Under the pieces are notes generated by a model. It was given only the letters and a program-made list of their open reading frames with translations. It was not told the DNA's origin and did not search any database. Shown here piece by piece: positions 1 through 12,608 of a DNA stretch of 64,000 nt (the first letter of the stretch is position 1; each line of letters starts with the position of its first letter). The position numbers were made by a program, and so were the translations under genes. The stretch spans positions 248,001-312,000 of the forward strand of contig OX337241.1 of NCBI GenBank assembly GCA_946965045.2, in the 5' to 3' direction. The stretch comes from Epithemia pelagica (lineage: Eukaryota > Protista > Bacillariophyta).

Positions 1-1221
1 GAAGGGAAAAGGGAACGGTCCTTATTCTTAGCGCTTGGTGAGTCGACTGCATCGGAACACGACAAGATGATTTGAGCTAAAATTTGTGAGCCAATTGTAT
101 AACCGCGCCCTACACACACCTTAAGACGAGACAACAGCTCACGTCTGAAGTCTGAAGGGGTGGGAGGGGGAGAAAGGATCATAAATTCGATAATACACTT
201 TGCTATTGATTGATAATTCGATATTCGATGGACAAGTGACGAGAATACTCGCACAGGGAAACAGGAAACAGGGAAGCGATCGTATTTGGCATTTGGCATA
301 TTATTTCTTGGTTGTTCTCTAGTTCCAATGGCCAGGATAGTACGAGTAGTTGGATATCAGGAGTTATGAGTTTATGAGCTTTGTCTATTAGCTATTGTCT
401 GCTTTACCGATTACCGATGAGTATCATCATTCATGGTCTATCTGATTTCTGATCCCTGTTCCTTGAGTATATGCGCGTCACTGCTACCACAAGGCTACTA
501 ACCCTCTCCTTGACTCAGAACTCAGAAAGACATCTCGAATCTTGACACAATTAGTCAGTCAAGCGTCTCGTATTCCCTCCCTTATCCTTATCCCTCAATC
601 CCTCAGACTTAGCCCTGTTGTCCGCTTCTCTCTTACTCCTATTTTCCATAATCCTTAATCCTTGTCTCACCTCAACTGTCATTTAAGTTATAGTCTTTAG
701 TCTCCTACTAGGCTTTAGGCTTGCGTCCTCTTGTCCTATGTCTGAAGCTGGACCATGATTGTCCGAGAACAACTACCTACCACCTACCTCTACCGACTAC
801 CGAGGTAAAACATAAAACACGAAAAGTACAAGAGCCGTACGGACTACTCTACCAGGTAGACGACCTACCACTTACTTCAGTAGTAGAGCCTATTGTCGGA
901 GCAATACGAGTACATCATAATACTGCTGTATGTACTTACTTGCATAGGAGTAGGCAATAATATGCCCTTCTCGTATGCGGCCTTCCCCATTTCTTGCATC
1001 TTCTTTTAAGGCGTTTGAAAGACTTTTCCCATCCCATTTTCACGTGTATTTCAACTCATTTGGTGTCTAGTAGAGTAGATTTGAACAGATTGGGGCAAAA
1101 TGCGATCACCTCTCATCTTCATTTCTTTTGCGTCTTCGTCACGGGAATAGGGTCGCAAATGGAATGGTGCACCATTGAGTCTTTTTCATCTTGACTCTTG
1201 CCTCTCATTCTTTCTTGAGCG

Positions 1222-2025
1222 ATGAATAACATGGATCAGAACAGCTACATCCATCTCAACAACAGCGGGATGCTTCATCTTCGCCAACGTGATTATGACA
1301 ATGCTATCAGATACTTTCGATATGCACTGGGAAAAGTCGTAAGGGGGCTGACAAGTGACCCTATGGATGTCCAATCTAGTCCGAGGATCCATGATTCTGC
1401 TTTGTCAGTTGTTAAGGACCGATCCAATCTAGGAATAACGATATACACCCCCTCGGCAGAGAGTCTAACCTCCTCAGATCATGACAGCAGCTCATTTTCA
1501 GACCATAACACGTTGATTTTGCATACCGAAGCATTTGGCTTTGCTTCCTCCGACCCCAGAGAGCTGGACATCTACGAAGGTCACCCTCGAATGAAGAATG
1601 AAAGTCATTTTACCAACTTGGTGTCAGGGATCTTGCTCTTCAATTTGGGCCTCTCCTTCCACATGCGGGCCATTGCCTTGAAAAGTCACTCTGAACATCT
1701 ACGTGCACAACATATCTATTGCAGCGCTAAAGAAGTTCTCTTTCGTAGGCATCATCACCTTCAAGATTACACATTTGACAACGGAGTACGCCGACTCCTG
1801 CTCGCGGTTACCAATAACATGGCTCATCTAAGTTTCCATTTCTACGATATTGCTGGAACCAAGAATCATCTCAGTGCGCTCCGATATCTCGTTTTTGGCG
1901 GATCTCAAGAAGAAGCCCAGAATCAAGTCTCTTTTGATGTGCATAGTGATGGTGTGGATCGACATTTTGTGCTAAACGCATTGTTGTCACTTGTCAATAT
2001 TGCCCAAAGCTCTCCCGCAGCTTAA
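1222..2025 (+). CDS. TPR-like helical hypothetical protein (267 aa), diatom-expanded type
   Basis: ATG-started ORF with helical motifs LNNSGMLHL..AIRYFRYALGKV, ILLFNLGLSFH and LLLAVTNNMAHL, typical of an uncharacterised TPR-like family common in pennate diatoms. Family assignment is from memory. Confidence 0.6.
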   Translation: MNNMDQNSYIHLNNSGMLHLRQRDYDNAIRYFRYALGKVVRGLTSDPMDVQSSPRIHDSALSVVKDRSNLGITIYTPSAESLTSSDHDSSSFSDHNTLILHTEAFGFASSDPRELDIYEGHPRMKNESHFTNLVSGILLFNLGLSFHMRAIALKSHSEHLRAQHIYCSAKEVLFRRHHHLQDYTFDNGVRRLLLAVTNNMAHLSFHFYDIAGTKNHLSALRYLVFGGSQEEAQNQVSFDVHSDGVDRHFVLNALLSLVNIAQSSPAA

Positions 2026-3911
2026 TAGTCGCGATGCCATGCATGCTAAACCTCAGGACAAGACCAGGCTATGAACCCTCTCAAGAGAAGAAGGCAAGAA
2101 GAAAGAATGAAGAAACACACGGTCTGTTTCTGGTCGTTGGGTTTGTCCATGCTTGATTTTTCGGGCCTCCGCTTTTTCACAAGTACATAGTCATCAACGC
2201 AATTCTTCCATGAACTCTATTAATATTGCCTGTATTGTTATCCATTGGTGTGTTTGTTGTCTGAGATGCAATGGCCCATGTCTCCTTCCTCTAGATTCTA
2301 GGTGCGGGTTTCCACTCCAAACTCCAAAGATCAAGTTGGTGACATAGCTGGACGAAAAACTACTCGCTCTCGGTCTCGGGTCATGAACGTGATCGGTCGT
2401 AGAAACATTGGATGAAAAAAGTTGGTTGGGACAGACTGATGGGGGATTGCTCGCAAACGCACGAGACCTGGAAGCCTTGCGAAGTGTTCTACTGGGTTGG
2501 CACTCGAGACCCTTCGAATCCTTGCGTTCTTACACACTCTAATGAAAATGAGAATTGTCGGAACTCATCACGTATTAGTATCCGTTCCTTTTGGCTGTTC
2601 GACTTTTGAGTGCCTCCACTGATTCGGGCCCGCCGCTGTTTTCTGGTTCTGATGTTTTCTCCATCTCGATTACAAAAGTACGTAAAAAATGCTGGAAGTT
2701 CCAGAAGGTCTCGTCATACTATCAGTACTTATCATAGTCGCACTTCTATACGATAATCATGTATCATATACCAGAGTAACCAGATATGATCGATGATATC
2801 CATGATAACAAGGTGATAGGTGGACATCAACAACGATAGGTGTCGACGAGAGAATTCGGTGTTGTTCTGTTCTCCATTGCTTTTTCTTTGTTTGTGTGTA
2901 ATCCATACTGCTATCTGCTATCGTCCCCTTGTCTCGTCTTTTTCCTAAACGGACGGCGGACCTTGGCTGTTTGGCACGAATCCCAACGGCTGAGCGTCCT
3001 TAACAGTATCGAACCAATCAAGGAACCGAAGAGAACTGGACAAAAACGAAAGAGAACAGCAAGACAAATCTCATAAAAGAACAGGACAAATTATCCAATT
3101 ACAGCAAAAGCTCCATCGCCCATCGCGTCAAATGTACGGATAAGGCACACCATCAGCGATGAAAGTTGAGTGGGACCGTGGCAAAACAGTCAAGGTGTGC
3201 CCCCTCCTACGCCCATTACAGTTATTACACCCAAACCACTGACCCTTTCCGACTACTGATACAAAAATTCCTTACAAATGATGGACTTCGATGTCCTAAT
3301 CTGAGAGAGAAAAATGATGTCACCACCATAACCTTGCTTGCATCAGCCTTTTATCCCCCAAGTCGCTTCCCCCCAGTTCGGAATAGAACGAGCACGGATG
3401 CGATCCTTTCCGAAGAACAAGTTTGGAGAAAGCGTGGCCAGTACAATTGGTGCATGAACTTGATTGATTGCTTGCCTGCTTCAACCACAGGGAGCAACGG
3501 GTATCATTCTACAGGGATCTTCGATCAACCCGGTATCTTGCCGCTCACCAGCAGCGCTTCCCTCAAAAGTGAAACACTCCAAATCAATCCTCGATCGACA
3601 TGAAACCTTCCGGCAGTTGGCATGGGCACTTTTCTTTCGCTTCTTTCCCCAATGATGATCAATAGTGTTGAAGGATCTCAATCCAAAGCATCAGTCAACC
3701 AAATCCCAGTCTTCTCATCACACTACATCACCCGACGTCCAGTATATCGTTCGGAAGCTCCCAATCCTCTCAACATCGATCGATTCATTTTTCACATGCT
3801 CAGTCATCCCCCATCATGCGGTCGCGGTTTGATGTATCCCCCACGACTTCCGGTCGTGTGTATCCCAACCAACTTTTGCAACCATTCTTGTGGGGAATGT
3901 TTACTCCCGTA

Positions 3912-4060
3912 TGGGCCAAACGCCATGTAAGACCGGGTAGCACAGGTAGTAAAATCCTCCAGTATGAGGGCTTGTGTCTTGGGCCAAGCGCCATGTAAGA
4001 CCGGGTAGCACAGGTAGTAAATTCCCCCAGGATGAGAACAACTTCGAGGGCTTGTCTCTT
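3912..4060. repeat. Imperfect tandem duplication, 68-bp period
   Basis: tgggccaa(a/g)cgccatgtaagaccgggtagcacaggtagtaaa... occurs at 3912 and 3980; the second copy has an insertion of about 12 bp. Confidence 0.9.
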
Positions 4061-4347
4061 CTCTTTAGAAGCTAAGAATGGGTTTCGGCAATCGGTGCGT
4101 CCACATACCTAGAAACAAATTAGGAACAGTGAAGTGATTGGTTAGGCCTAACTCCCACAACAGCGTTTGGGCAATCTTCCACAAACGACCTGTTCCCGAG
4201 ACTATCGCCACTCCTATCCCAAACACTGTCCCAAATATACAAACCAGCCATTCACAGCAACAGGTAATGGTTGTCCCGCCATCGAAGAATAGGTATTGCC
4301 CCCTTGTTGTAATCTCCCCTTTTGACAATCAGATCCACCCAGATCCT

Positions 4348-6075
4348 TCATTGCATCATCTTCGAGGATAGTCCATGATTGACGGTAATGCTGATAGGAG
4401 TCCCAGCATGATTGGATCCAGAAATCTTTGTTGACAACTCTGGATGGAAACCTTCATTGCTCATGTTGCCATTCTCTTTGTCACTGCATGGCTGCTCCCC
4501 GTTCCGCGATTGCAGCCGTTTGGTAGCTGGAAATGATGTTCCATCTAATCTTGAGACTGCCCTTGTGGACGACAACAAGGCTGCAGATGCCCCATCCTTA
4601 TTCTTGAACATGAATCGCCTGGTCATTGAGGAGCTTCGACGGGGAACTGAGCGAGAACGTGATCTACCCTGTCGGCGTCCTCTAGCAGGATTGACAGCCG
4701 TCGATTTTGTAGTAGCGGTGGTGCCTCCGCGTTCCTGTTGTGGTTGCGATTGTCGAGACCGTCGATTCGTTGTTGTTGTTGTCGCAGTCGCAGTGGTCGT
4801 CGTGTTCGGAGCACCAGTGGTCGTCGTTGTGTTGGTAGTCTGTGTGACTCGTTTTCGGGCCCGCAGTGCCGCTGACATGCGTTCTTGAAATCGTTTGCTG
4901 TTGGGAAATGGACGCTGCGCTTCGTATATATCCAAGGGCCAGTGCCCCGTTTGTTGCAATATTCCCAAGGCGTAGAGCTTTGAATCGTGACTGGGACCAT
5001 GTAGGTACACTTGAACTTGATGAAATCGAACGCCCCGTGGGACAGTCTTGTGGGTTCCACTGGTTGCTAGAGTTTCCTCTTTGTTTGCTTCCTTGTTTCC
5101 CGTCCGTTTGGACGAAGAGAGGGAACTGGGACGAAACCATTTTCGTGTTCGATCGGTCCCGGAGGTGTTGCTACTCTTGAAAGAAGAAGAAGAAGAAGAA
5201 GATGTCTTTGAACCGAGCTTGTTTTCTACATGAACAGTCTTTTTGGCATCAAGCTGCTGTTCTCTGTCAGTTGCTTTTAAAGATTCATGCTGCGTCTTGA
5301 TTTTGAGAATGCCTCCCCAACTCTTCGCACCATTCTTTTGCCGTTGCGTTCGAATTTCTTGTACCTCAGCTCCAACAACGGCTCGTTTCGTAGTAGTCGC
5401 TTCCGTCACTGCCGTAGTACCAGTATTGGCAGAGGCCACGAAGTTTCTTGGTTCGTAGTTCTTGTGTCGGGCATGGACTGTAGCAGTTGGGGTTGTTGGT
5501 TGGATGGAATTGGACGATTTTTCGGTATTGGTGGTAGCCGTGGTGGAAGCACTCGCCAGACTCATTTCCGAAGAAAAGGATGACCGTGAAGAGGACGAAG
5601 GCATCTTTTTGGAAGGTAGAATCAGTGGTCCTTTTGCAGTGCCTGATCCAAACAGAGTATGGTGTGATGGTGCCTTCGAATCGGAGGGTTCGGAGAGTTG
5701 CGAAATCTTTTGGAGCGACGAGGTCGACACACTTCGTGAAATTCTCCGCTTGACCAAGGGACCTGGTACAAAAGATGATAGAAGCGATGGTGATGGATGT
5801 GGCAATTGATCAGCCCTCGTTGCCGATCCCTCATGGTCTCTTGTATCGACCACACCTCTTGCTTCCTTCATTCTGTTGGAGTAACTGTAAGATTGGTTGC
5901 CATTGTCATTTCTTTTTTCCATTGGGTGTTGATCCTGCTGCTGCTGCTGCAACTCATTTGGCTTTGTCTTGGAAATGACGGCCATGGAATTGTGCACACG
6001 TTGCAGCTTGTATGCAACGGTTGCATCCTTGTTCTCTGTCGAGGCTTGTTGCGGTGGATGCATCTCGACTGCCAT
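4348..6075 (-). CDS. Low-complexity Ser/Thr/Lys/Arg-rich hypothetical protein (575 aa)
   Basis: Long ATG-started ORF, largely disordered composition, no recognisable domain. Confidence 0.55.
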   Translation of the reverse strand: MAVEMHPPQQASTENKDATVAYKLQRVHNSMAVISKTKPNELQQQQQDQHPMEKRNDNGNQSYSYSNRMKEARGVVDTRDHEGSATRADQLPHPSPSLLSSFVPGPLVKRRISRSVSTSSLQKISQLSEPSDSKAPSHHTLFGSGTAKGPLILPSKKMPSSSSRSSFSSEMSLASASTTATTNTEKSSNSIQPTTPTATVHARHKNYEPRNFVASANTGTTAVTEATTTKRAVVGAEVQEIRTQRQKNGAKSWGGILKIKTQHESLKATDREQQLDAKKTVHVENKLGSKTSSSSSSSFKSSNTSGTDRTRKWFRPSSLSSSKRTGNKEANKEETLATSGTHKTVPRGVRFHQVQVYLHGPSHDSKLYALGILQQTGHWPLDIYEAQRPFPNSKRFQERMSAALRARKRVTQTTNTTTTTGAPNTTTTATATTTTTNRRSRQSQPQQERGGTTATTKSTAVNPARGRRQGRSRSRSVPRRSSSMTRRFMFKNKDGASAALLSSTRAVSRLDGTSFPATKRLQSRNGEQPCSDKENGNMSNEGFHPELSTKISGSNHAGTPISITVNHGLSSKMMQ

Positions 6076-7090
6076 GCGATGTTCTTTTCAACTGATTCTG
6101 GCTTGGTTTGCCTTGCTTTACTTGTACTGTCTGCTGTTATCAATGTCTATTGTGAGGGATGATGAATGGCCTATACACTGTTCACAGGATGCAAGACTGC
6201 ACGTTCCATTGAGGAATCCCAAGTCCCATGGACGTGACCGTGGTCGATTGGTTGGAGTTGGCACTCTATTAGCTCTAGAGGACCGTGGCCTTGTGGTTGG
6301 TACGACTACTACTCTCTTTGTCTTGGGAACATCCTTGTCGAGCGTCGACGAAAATCAAAGCTAGTTGCGTCATGGATATGTGAATATGTGAAAGACCAAG
6401 TAACTCTTGTGTGGGGATTCGTCCAGACGATCCACGAAACTTGGCGATTCGAAAACTGACATTGACACTTTGTGGCGAAGCAAAATTCGATCCCGAAGCT
6501 CGCCGTGCGCAAAAAGCCAGGATATATCTGCCACCAACTGTGACGGTCAACTGTCAAATGACGGTCAACTGAACCACGAACCAATCGATTTCTCACAACT
6601 ACCTAGAGGAGGTAGAGGAGTACATCAAGATTTGCCCCAATGGTAGGTAGTAAGTCATATACTCTCGCACGAGCTGCAGGAACTATTGCAACTTGCAAGC
6701 TTGATCTCTGCTTTTTTGTTTCCGAGATCTACGCCAATGGAGTAAAACAGAGCATGGCCAAGATAGTAACTCCGGCCTAGCTACTCCTATATTATTCTAC
6801 TCCTAGCTCTAGAGTAGGAGCATTGGAGATAAGACACTTAGCAAATTCGTCAGATCAGTCAACCGGTCAGGGTTGGTCTTAACAAGCGTGAAATTTCACA
6901 TGTTTCACACTAAAACACCTTCGGTTTGTCACAGTTTTTAGACGTGAAATCCTAGGGTCTAAACGATGTGAAATGTTTTCACACCCTCCCACCACTTCCC
7001 CCACACCATCATCCATCTGATCCGCACGTACGACAACAAAAACCAATAACCACACTTTGATTGTTGTGCACATATTGATTGTTGTGCACG

Positions 7091-8428
7091 ATGAATCTCT
7101 TGACAATGGAGGAAGAAGAAGAAATTGCTGAACAGGAGACAGCATTTGATGTTCTTGGTTTGATTCAGCTATGGATGCAGATCAAACAACAACAAACACC
7201 AAGAGTACCAAGAAGTCGTTCACCAAGTTGTCCCCTCAAGCTACTCCACTGGGAAACTTTCGTGGCTGCGCATATGACGAACAATCCGAAAGACTTCGAG
7301 AAGTGCATCAGAATGCCTGTGGATGCTTTCGCAAAACTCCATACCTTGATCAAAGACAAGCTTCACAAGGACGAGGACATGGCAGCACGTCGGGGTGGAG
7401 CGATACCCACTGAACTACGGCTTTACATGACCCTTCGTTATCTAGGAGGGGGTGCAATGCACGACATCTGAAGAACTGTGGATGTCAAGAAATCAACAGC
7501 TTATGCTGTTGTTTATGAAGTGTGCCAGGTCATTGCAGCTACTCAGCAGCTGCAGATGTCCTTTCCAATGACAGAGCAGGAATGCCAAGAGGCAGCACTA
7601 GCCTTTCGTAGCATTTCATTTGACGAAGCAATTGTGAATTGCGTTGGAGCAATCGATGGATACTTGCTCCACACGGAGCAACCAAGAAAAAAACTCGTTG
7701 GGAATCAGAGGCAATATTACTCTGGACACTACAAGAAATTTGGGATAAACATTCAAGCTGCATGCGATCATGAATGTAAGTTCACATACTTTGCACTAGC
7801 CGGACCAGGAAGCATGAACGATAAAGTCGCGGTCAACGAATGCTCTTTGGGAACCCTGATCAGCAGACTTCCTCAAGGTTTTTGTGTCATTGGAGACGCC
7901 GCCTATGAGCCTACTGAGCGTCTAACACCTATTTTTTACGGTGTTACAAAAGAAGAGCCACTTTATGACAACTTCAATTTCTTTGCTTCGCAGCTGCGGA
8001 TCAGGATTGAAATGACTTTTGGCTTGATGCAAATGAAATGGCGATTCCTCTTGCAAGCATGGCAAGCCACAAGAAGACTTCCAACCTACGTCATGGCAAT
8101 TGCTCTACTCCACAACTATGTCACGAACTATAGATTGCAACAGAATGCGTCAGTGGAAGAGATGCTCCGACAAGAGTCCCAACAAGATGAAACTATGTTG
8201 CCTTCACAGCCTGTGGACCTAGAAGGAAATGTCATGTTGTATGATGAGAATGGTAATATTGTCAGACGAAGCTTACCTAAGGGACACTCCATTCTTCGCC
8301 ATCTTATGGCTTTACGAATTCAAGAAAAAAATCTTCATCGCCCAGTAACCAACATTAGGAGGCATTCGACTGAGGACAATGCCGACTCTGCAGAGGTTGA
8401 GACAGAGAATAATGCAGAAAATGATTAA
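7091..8428 (+). pseudogene. Harbinger DDE transposase (DDE_Tnp_4-like) with one in-frame TGA at 7469-7471
   Basis: ORFs 7079-7471 and 7478-8428 are in the same frame. Motifs LRYLGGG..HDI*RTVDVKKSTAY, VGAIDG, IGDAAY and RIRIEMTFG give the D-D-E triad. Confidence 0.9.
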
Positions 8429-9764
8429 AGATCTCAACACATATACCTGTAGTCCTAAAATAGTTGCTAATTCAGCAATCCTCTTCTTCATACGTTGTTT
8501 CATTTCGTCACTGTCTTGGTCTTTCAGGGCTGCTGTCAATATGCTGAATTCGTTGAGTAAAGCTGCTTTTCCCATTCGCTCCTCACGTTTCATGGCGTTC
8601 CCAATAATGGCATTCTTCAAATCTCCAATTGCTGATGTCATATGAGAGTCAGTGGTACCATTTGTAGGAGTTGTCGTGCAGGAAATTGGTGAAGGAGCTC
8701 GTGAGGATGCACGAGAGCTCTTACCATCATTCTTGGCAGCAGGAATGCTGTCGATAGCAAAACAAGGAGCAAGAGCACTTGTAAAGGTCGTTTCAAAGTT
8801 CTGGACTGTGTTGCTTTTGGAATAAAAGTAAAAGGCAGTGAACTGTGAAATTTTACCCCCAGACCTTGCTCTCGCTATACCTGCTTTCGCGAAGTCCCAG
8901 GGATCGCTAGAATGACTCCCACTAGCATTCATTGCTGTCTCCATATGTTTCCTCACTTGTAGAAGAGTCTTCAGGATATTATTTGCTTCGTTGGGAGTGA
9001 GCTTGTTGGTGTTCTTGAGGGAGGGATCCAATCCTGCCAGCCCAGCATCCAACACGTGGTTGTTGTACGTCAAGTTTCTGTCATCCTTGTTGTCGTCTCG
9101 AATTTCCAACTTTCCATATTGGTCAGGGTTAATTCTTTTCTCTACTTGGGAATCCTCCTCTGAATACTCTTCTTCTGAATCATCTTCTGATTTTTTCTCA
9201 AGATCGGTGCATTCCTTAAGTTTTTGGGGAGAACAATCGGCACCGTTGACTGCATCGACTACTAGCTTCCAAAATCGCTGGTATTGCGACCCACTACCAG
9301 TTTCTTGAACGGCCCTGGACCTTACATCATTGAAAGCCATGAATTCATCTATAAAGTCACGATGAAACAACACATTGATGAGACGGCAGTGGGTGGATGG
9401 AATCTTCTCCAGCTGTCTTGTGATTATACCAATCTCATTTTTTGTCTTGATGGTATCGTAGCTCTGTCTTGTTGAGGCTGGCTTTCGTGATACCAAGCCT
9501 CCTCACAAGCTTCCTGAGTTGATGCACAGAGAGATCCTTGTCGACGTGCGTCTTGTCGTCGCCTTTTGCAATGATACAGGCAACTTCGACTTCTTCTTCT
9601 TGTCCTTCGTTTGTTTTTATCTTCTTCATCTCAGTTGTAATTGTATACTCATGTAAAGTTAGAGTATCCAGAGCCTCTAAAAATGGTGGAAGAGGTTTTT
9701 CAACACGCTTTGCTTTCTTCTTCTCAGGCCCAACATCCTGAGGTGCAGGAGGAGGGTCCGTCAT
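8312..9764 (-). pseudogene. Harbinger accessory (putative DNA-binding) ORF, frameshifted near 9450-9490
   Basis: ORFs 9435-9821 (ATG at 9764, MTDPPP) and 8312-9496 overlap in different frames inside the TIRs, convergent with the transposase, matching the two-ORF layout of PIF/Harbinger. Confidence 0.7.
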
Positions 9765-10799
9765 GGTGGGGGTTTGTTTGATTTTGCTGGTTGGAACTTG
9801 GCGCAGGCTAAAAAATCTCAATTTTTCTCTCTCCTAGGAACCCATAAACCTCTGTGTGAAATATTGTTCGATGTGAAAAGAGCCCTGGAGAGCAGATTTG
9901 TGAATTTCATCAAATTTCACTGCAACGTCAGGCCACGTAGGCAGAAAGTGTGAAATGTGTGAAATTTCACGCTTGTTAAGACCAACCCTCAGGTCTTCGG
10001 ACATGGTTACACTACATAAACGAAAAAAAGGAAAGTGTCCCGGTGCCGCGCAGTCTAGTTTTCAACGGACCACTGCCGATCACTCTACAGTATAATAAAT
10101 TGTATTACTCTCACCTTGAATGTACTACGTTCCTTCGGGACGCGCAGACCCGTCCGGTACTGGAGAGTTTCCAGTGATCATGCAGTCCAGCTGGGGTCCC
10201 AGAAACATTGTACTGTAGCAGTCATAGTGCCTCGTTACGCAGTATTGAGATCCACCTCGTACGAACTACTCCATCTGTCAGGATTCAAATCATGGTTTTC
10301 GAAACACAATTATGTTATGCACGATTCCGCTCGGATGTAACGTTTCGCTTCGAGAATATGCCCAATACGTATCCCAACCTCGATCGGGGTACACTACAAT
10401 TTCAATATCTACAGTTTCGTGTGCTCGGTCGTAATTTTTTCTTATCTTTTATATTGTACAACATGAGGGAGGTAGTACTTTGCATGATACAGTGACATGG
10501 TCCTTTCGGACTTTTAACAAAGGCAATAAGTGATGGCAACTCCGCAAGTTGCGACCCCCCATGAATTATTCGTACAATTCATCGCCATCACATCATGGAT
10601 CATGGCAAGACTCTCACCGCAGCATATATTTTTTGGGTCAAGACCATCAACCAAGAACAACAACAGGTTTGCTTTCATTCTATTCTAGTCGTTCATTCCT
10701 TCCGTTCCATTGTATCGCATCTCGTTGGATTGCTCCACCGTTTTATCATCTTTACAAGCCAAAAACAGAATTCAAAGGCGATCCTACTAATAATACACC

Positions 10800-11876
10800 A
10801 TGGAGCAAGCATCCTCCTCGTCGTGGTACAGTCTCATGAATGAACATGCCTTGTCGATTCATCGACAACAAATGTGCAAGGCCATTTGGGCCATTGTGTT
10901 GGAACGCCAACGACAACCATGTCAAACAACAACTACTACTACTACGAATCCTCCTCGATTGGTGCAACGCGTCGAACAAGTCTTGTTGGAACATTCTTCC
11001 TCCTTGCAAGATTATTTGAATCGCACCACCTTGCGCAAACGGGTCCGCATGGCGACGTCCGGTGGATCGTCCTTTACCACTCTTGGCAGCCATCAAAGCA
11101 GCAGTAGCAGTTCCTCATCGAGCTGGGGAACCCAAGACACCTCTTGTTCCTCCTTGTCTGTCACCTCCGTTGGTACAGTGTCGCCAACACCAACATGTTC
11201 TTCCTTCATGGGCGCAACAACAACAACGACAACAACGCTCCAGAATCAATCTCCCGAAATTGTTCAAGCCGAACGACGCAAAATGACGTTGCAAATCTTC
11301 AAGTTTTTGGAACGACGCAAGCCCTCCAACAACAACAACGAACCCACGAGCAAACCAAGAGCCAATCACCACCACAAGAAGTTCTCCAAGAAAACGACTC
11401 GACAACCACACCCGTCTTGTAGTCGAACGCACAAGAAACCCAAGCATTGGCATCCTCCACGACAACAACAAGCACCACTACTAGTACAAGTACCACACTA
11501 CGAGCAACAACAAGTAGTAGTAGAAAAGGAAGAAGAAGAAGACGTGTCCATGCAAGAATCATCGGACCAAGGAGAAACAGAATCCTCCTCCTCCTCCTCG
11601 CCAGAACCACCTCAGCCAGCAGAGGAGAACCAGCAGGAACGACACATGCGTGCCACCTTGTTGAGTATGAGTCGCCATTGCGAAGTGTCCTTGTATCGAC
11701 AAGCCACGTCGCTGGAGGAATACAAGAATACGCAAACCTTGCAATCACGACTTCGACAGTTGCTCGATACGTGTCTCGCCCAACGCCATCCACAAGCAAC
11801 AACGACTCCACCACCATCACTACCAGTCAATCCTACCATTGCAACTACTACTACTGCGACGACAAACGGAACATGA
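10800..11876 (+). CDS. KIX-like (Med15/KIX_2-type) domain protein, low complexity (358 aa)
   Basis: Motifs RLVQRVEQVLLEHSSSLQDYLNRTTLRKRV and RHCEVSLYRQATSLEEYKNTQTLQSRLRQL resemble the KIX_2 E-x2-LY-x2-A-x-S-x3-Y-x4-TL-x2-RL pattern. Confidence 0.6.
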   Translation: MEQASSSSWYSLMNEHALSIHRQQMCKAIWAIVLERQRQPCQTTTTTTTNPPRLVQRVEQVLLEHSSSLQDYLNRTTLRKRVRMATSGGSSFTTLGSHQSSSSSSSSSWGTQDTSCSSLSVTSVGTVSPTPTCSSFMGATTTTTTTLQNQSPEIVQAERRKMTLQIFKFLERRKPSNNNNEPTSKPRANHHHKKFSKKTTRQPHPSCSRTHKKPKHWHPPRQQQAPLLVQVPHYEQQQVVVEKEEEEDVSMQESSDQGETESSSSSSPEPPQPAEENQQERHMRATLLSMSRHCEVSLYRQATSLEEYKNTQTLQSRLRQLLDTCLAQRHPQATTTPPPSLPVNPTIATTTTATTNGT

Positions 11877-11936
11877 AGAAGCTACATTCAATCCTACATT
11901 CCAACGACTACTACGACAAACGGAACATGAAGAAGC
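11828..11936. repeat. Imperfect ~60-bp tandem duplication spanning the stop codon of the KIX-like gene
   Basis: caatcctac...actac...gacaaacggaacatgaagaagc occurs twice (about 11828-11882 and 11889-11936). Confidence 0.8.
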
Positions 11937-12608
11937 CACAAAACCGCTCCTCCAATTTTCGTGGAATGGTTTCTCACCGAACCCTTTCTATTCTTGTTTC
12001 CAAAACTCTTGCTCTGTCTCTGACAACTGCGTGTCAGCAAGATATGCCCCAAATCCTGCATGTGCTAGTAGGTAGTCACTACATGGTGTTGGTTCCTTTC
12101 CGATCTGGGTGGATATGATCACCACACACAAAAGATCATTCACCAGACTACGATCACACATTCCGTCATCCTGACAGAAATAACACTAGAAGGCAGCCCA
12201 CAGGCCGAGAAAACAACACCCTTTGGTGAATTTGTGAAAGGGCGGCCATCCCTTTATTGGTATTTAGCCAAAAGGCCACCCACAACACCAATGACTTTCC
12301 ATGACAAATTCTCCGAATGTTACCAAACGCAATTATTTCGGTTGGTTTGTTGTCATCGTCATCATCATCATCTTCTTCGGGCAGTTTTAAACCTAGCATC
12401 TCAATGAAGGTAAACTACTCTACGGCAAGCCCCTGCTGTGGCACAGGCTTAGGGACGGTACATAGGTAGCCCTCTCTTTGAGAAACCCCGAGAGCGACTG
12501 TACAAGTATGATCAGCGATCCAAACGCGATATCTTTGTGCGATCCAAAAGCGATACTGAAATCCTGACTTCGGGTACGGGCACCGGATCTTTTTTTCGAC
12601 AATCCACC

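Larger units (their letters stand above)
6870..9988. mobile_element. PIF/Harbinger DNA transposon, 3119 bp, structurally complete with mutated ORFs
   Basis: Perfect 31-bp TIRs (GGGTTGGTCTTAACAAGCGTGAAATTTCACA at 6870-6900; reverse complement at 9958-9988), extending to about 42 bp with 2 mismatches. 3-bp TSD TCA (6867-6869, 9989-9991). Two convergent ORFs: DDE transposase and an accessory protein. Confidence 0.95.

Noticed and set aside
2040-3900. Short ORFs (60-145 aa) between the TPR-like gene and 4348
   Set aside because: No motifs, mostly non-ATG starts and mutually overlapping; possibly decayed sequence.
7469-7471. Programmed read-through or selenocysteine at the transposase TGA
   Set aside because: No precedent I know of in Harbinger transposases, and ORF2 is also broken; simple mutation is more parsimonious.
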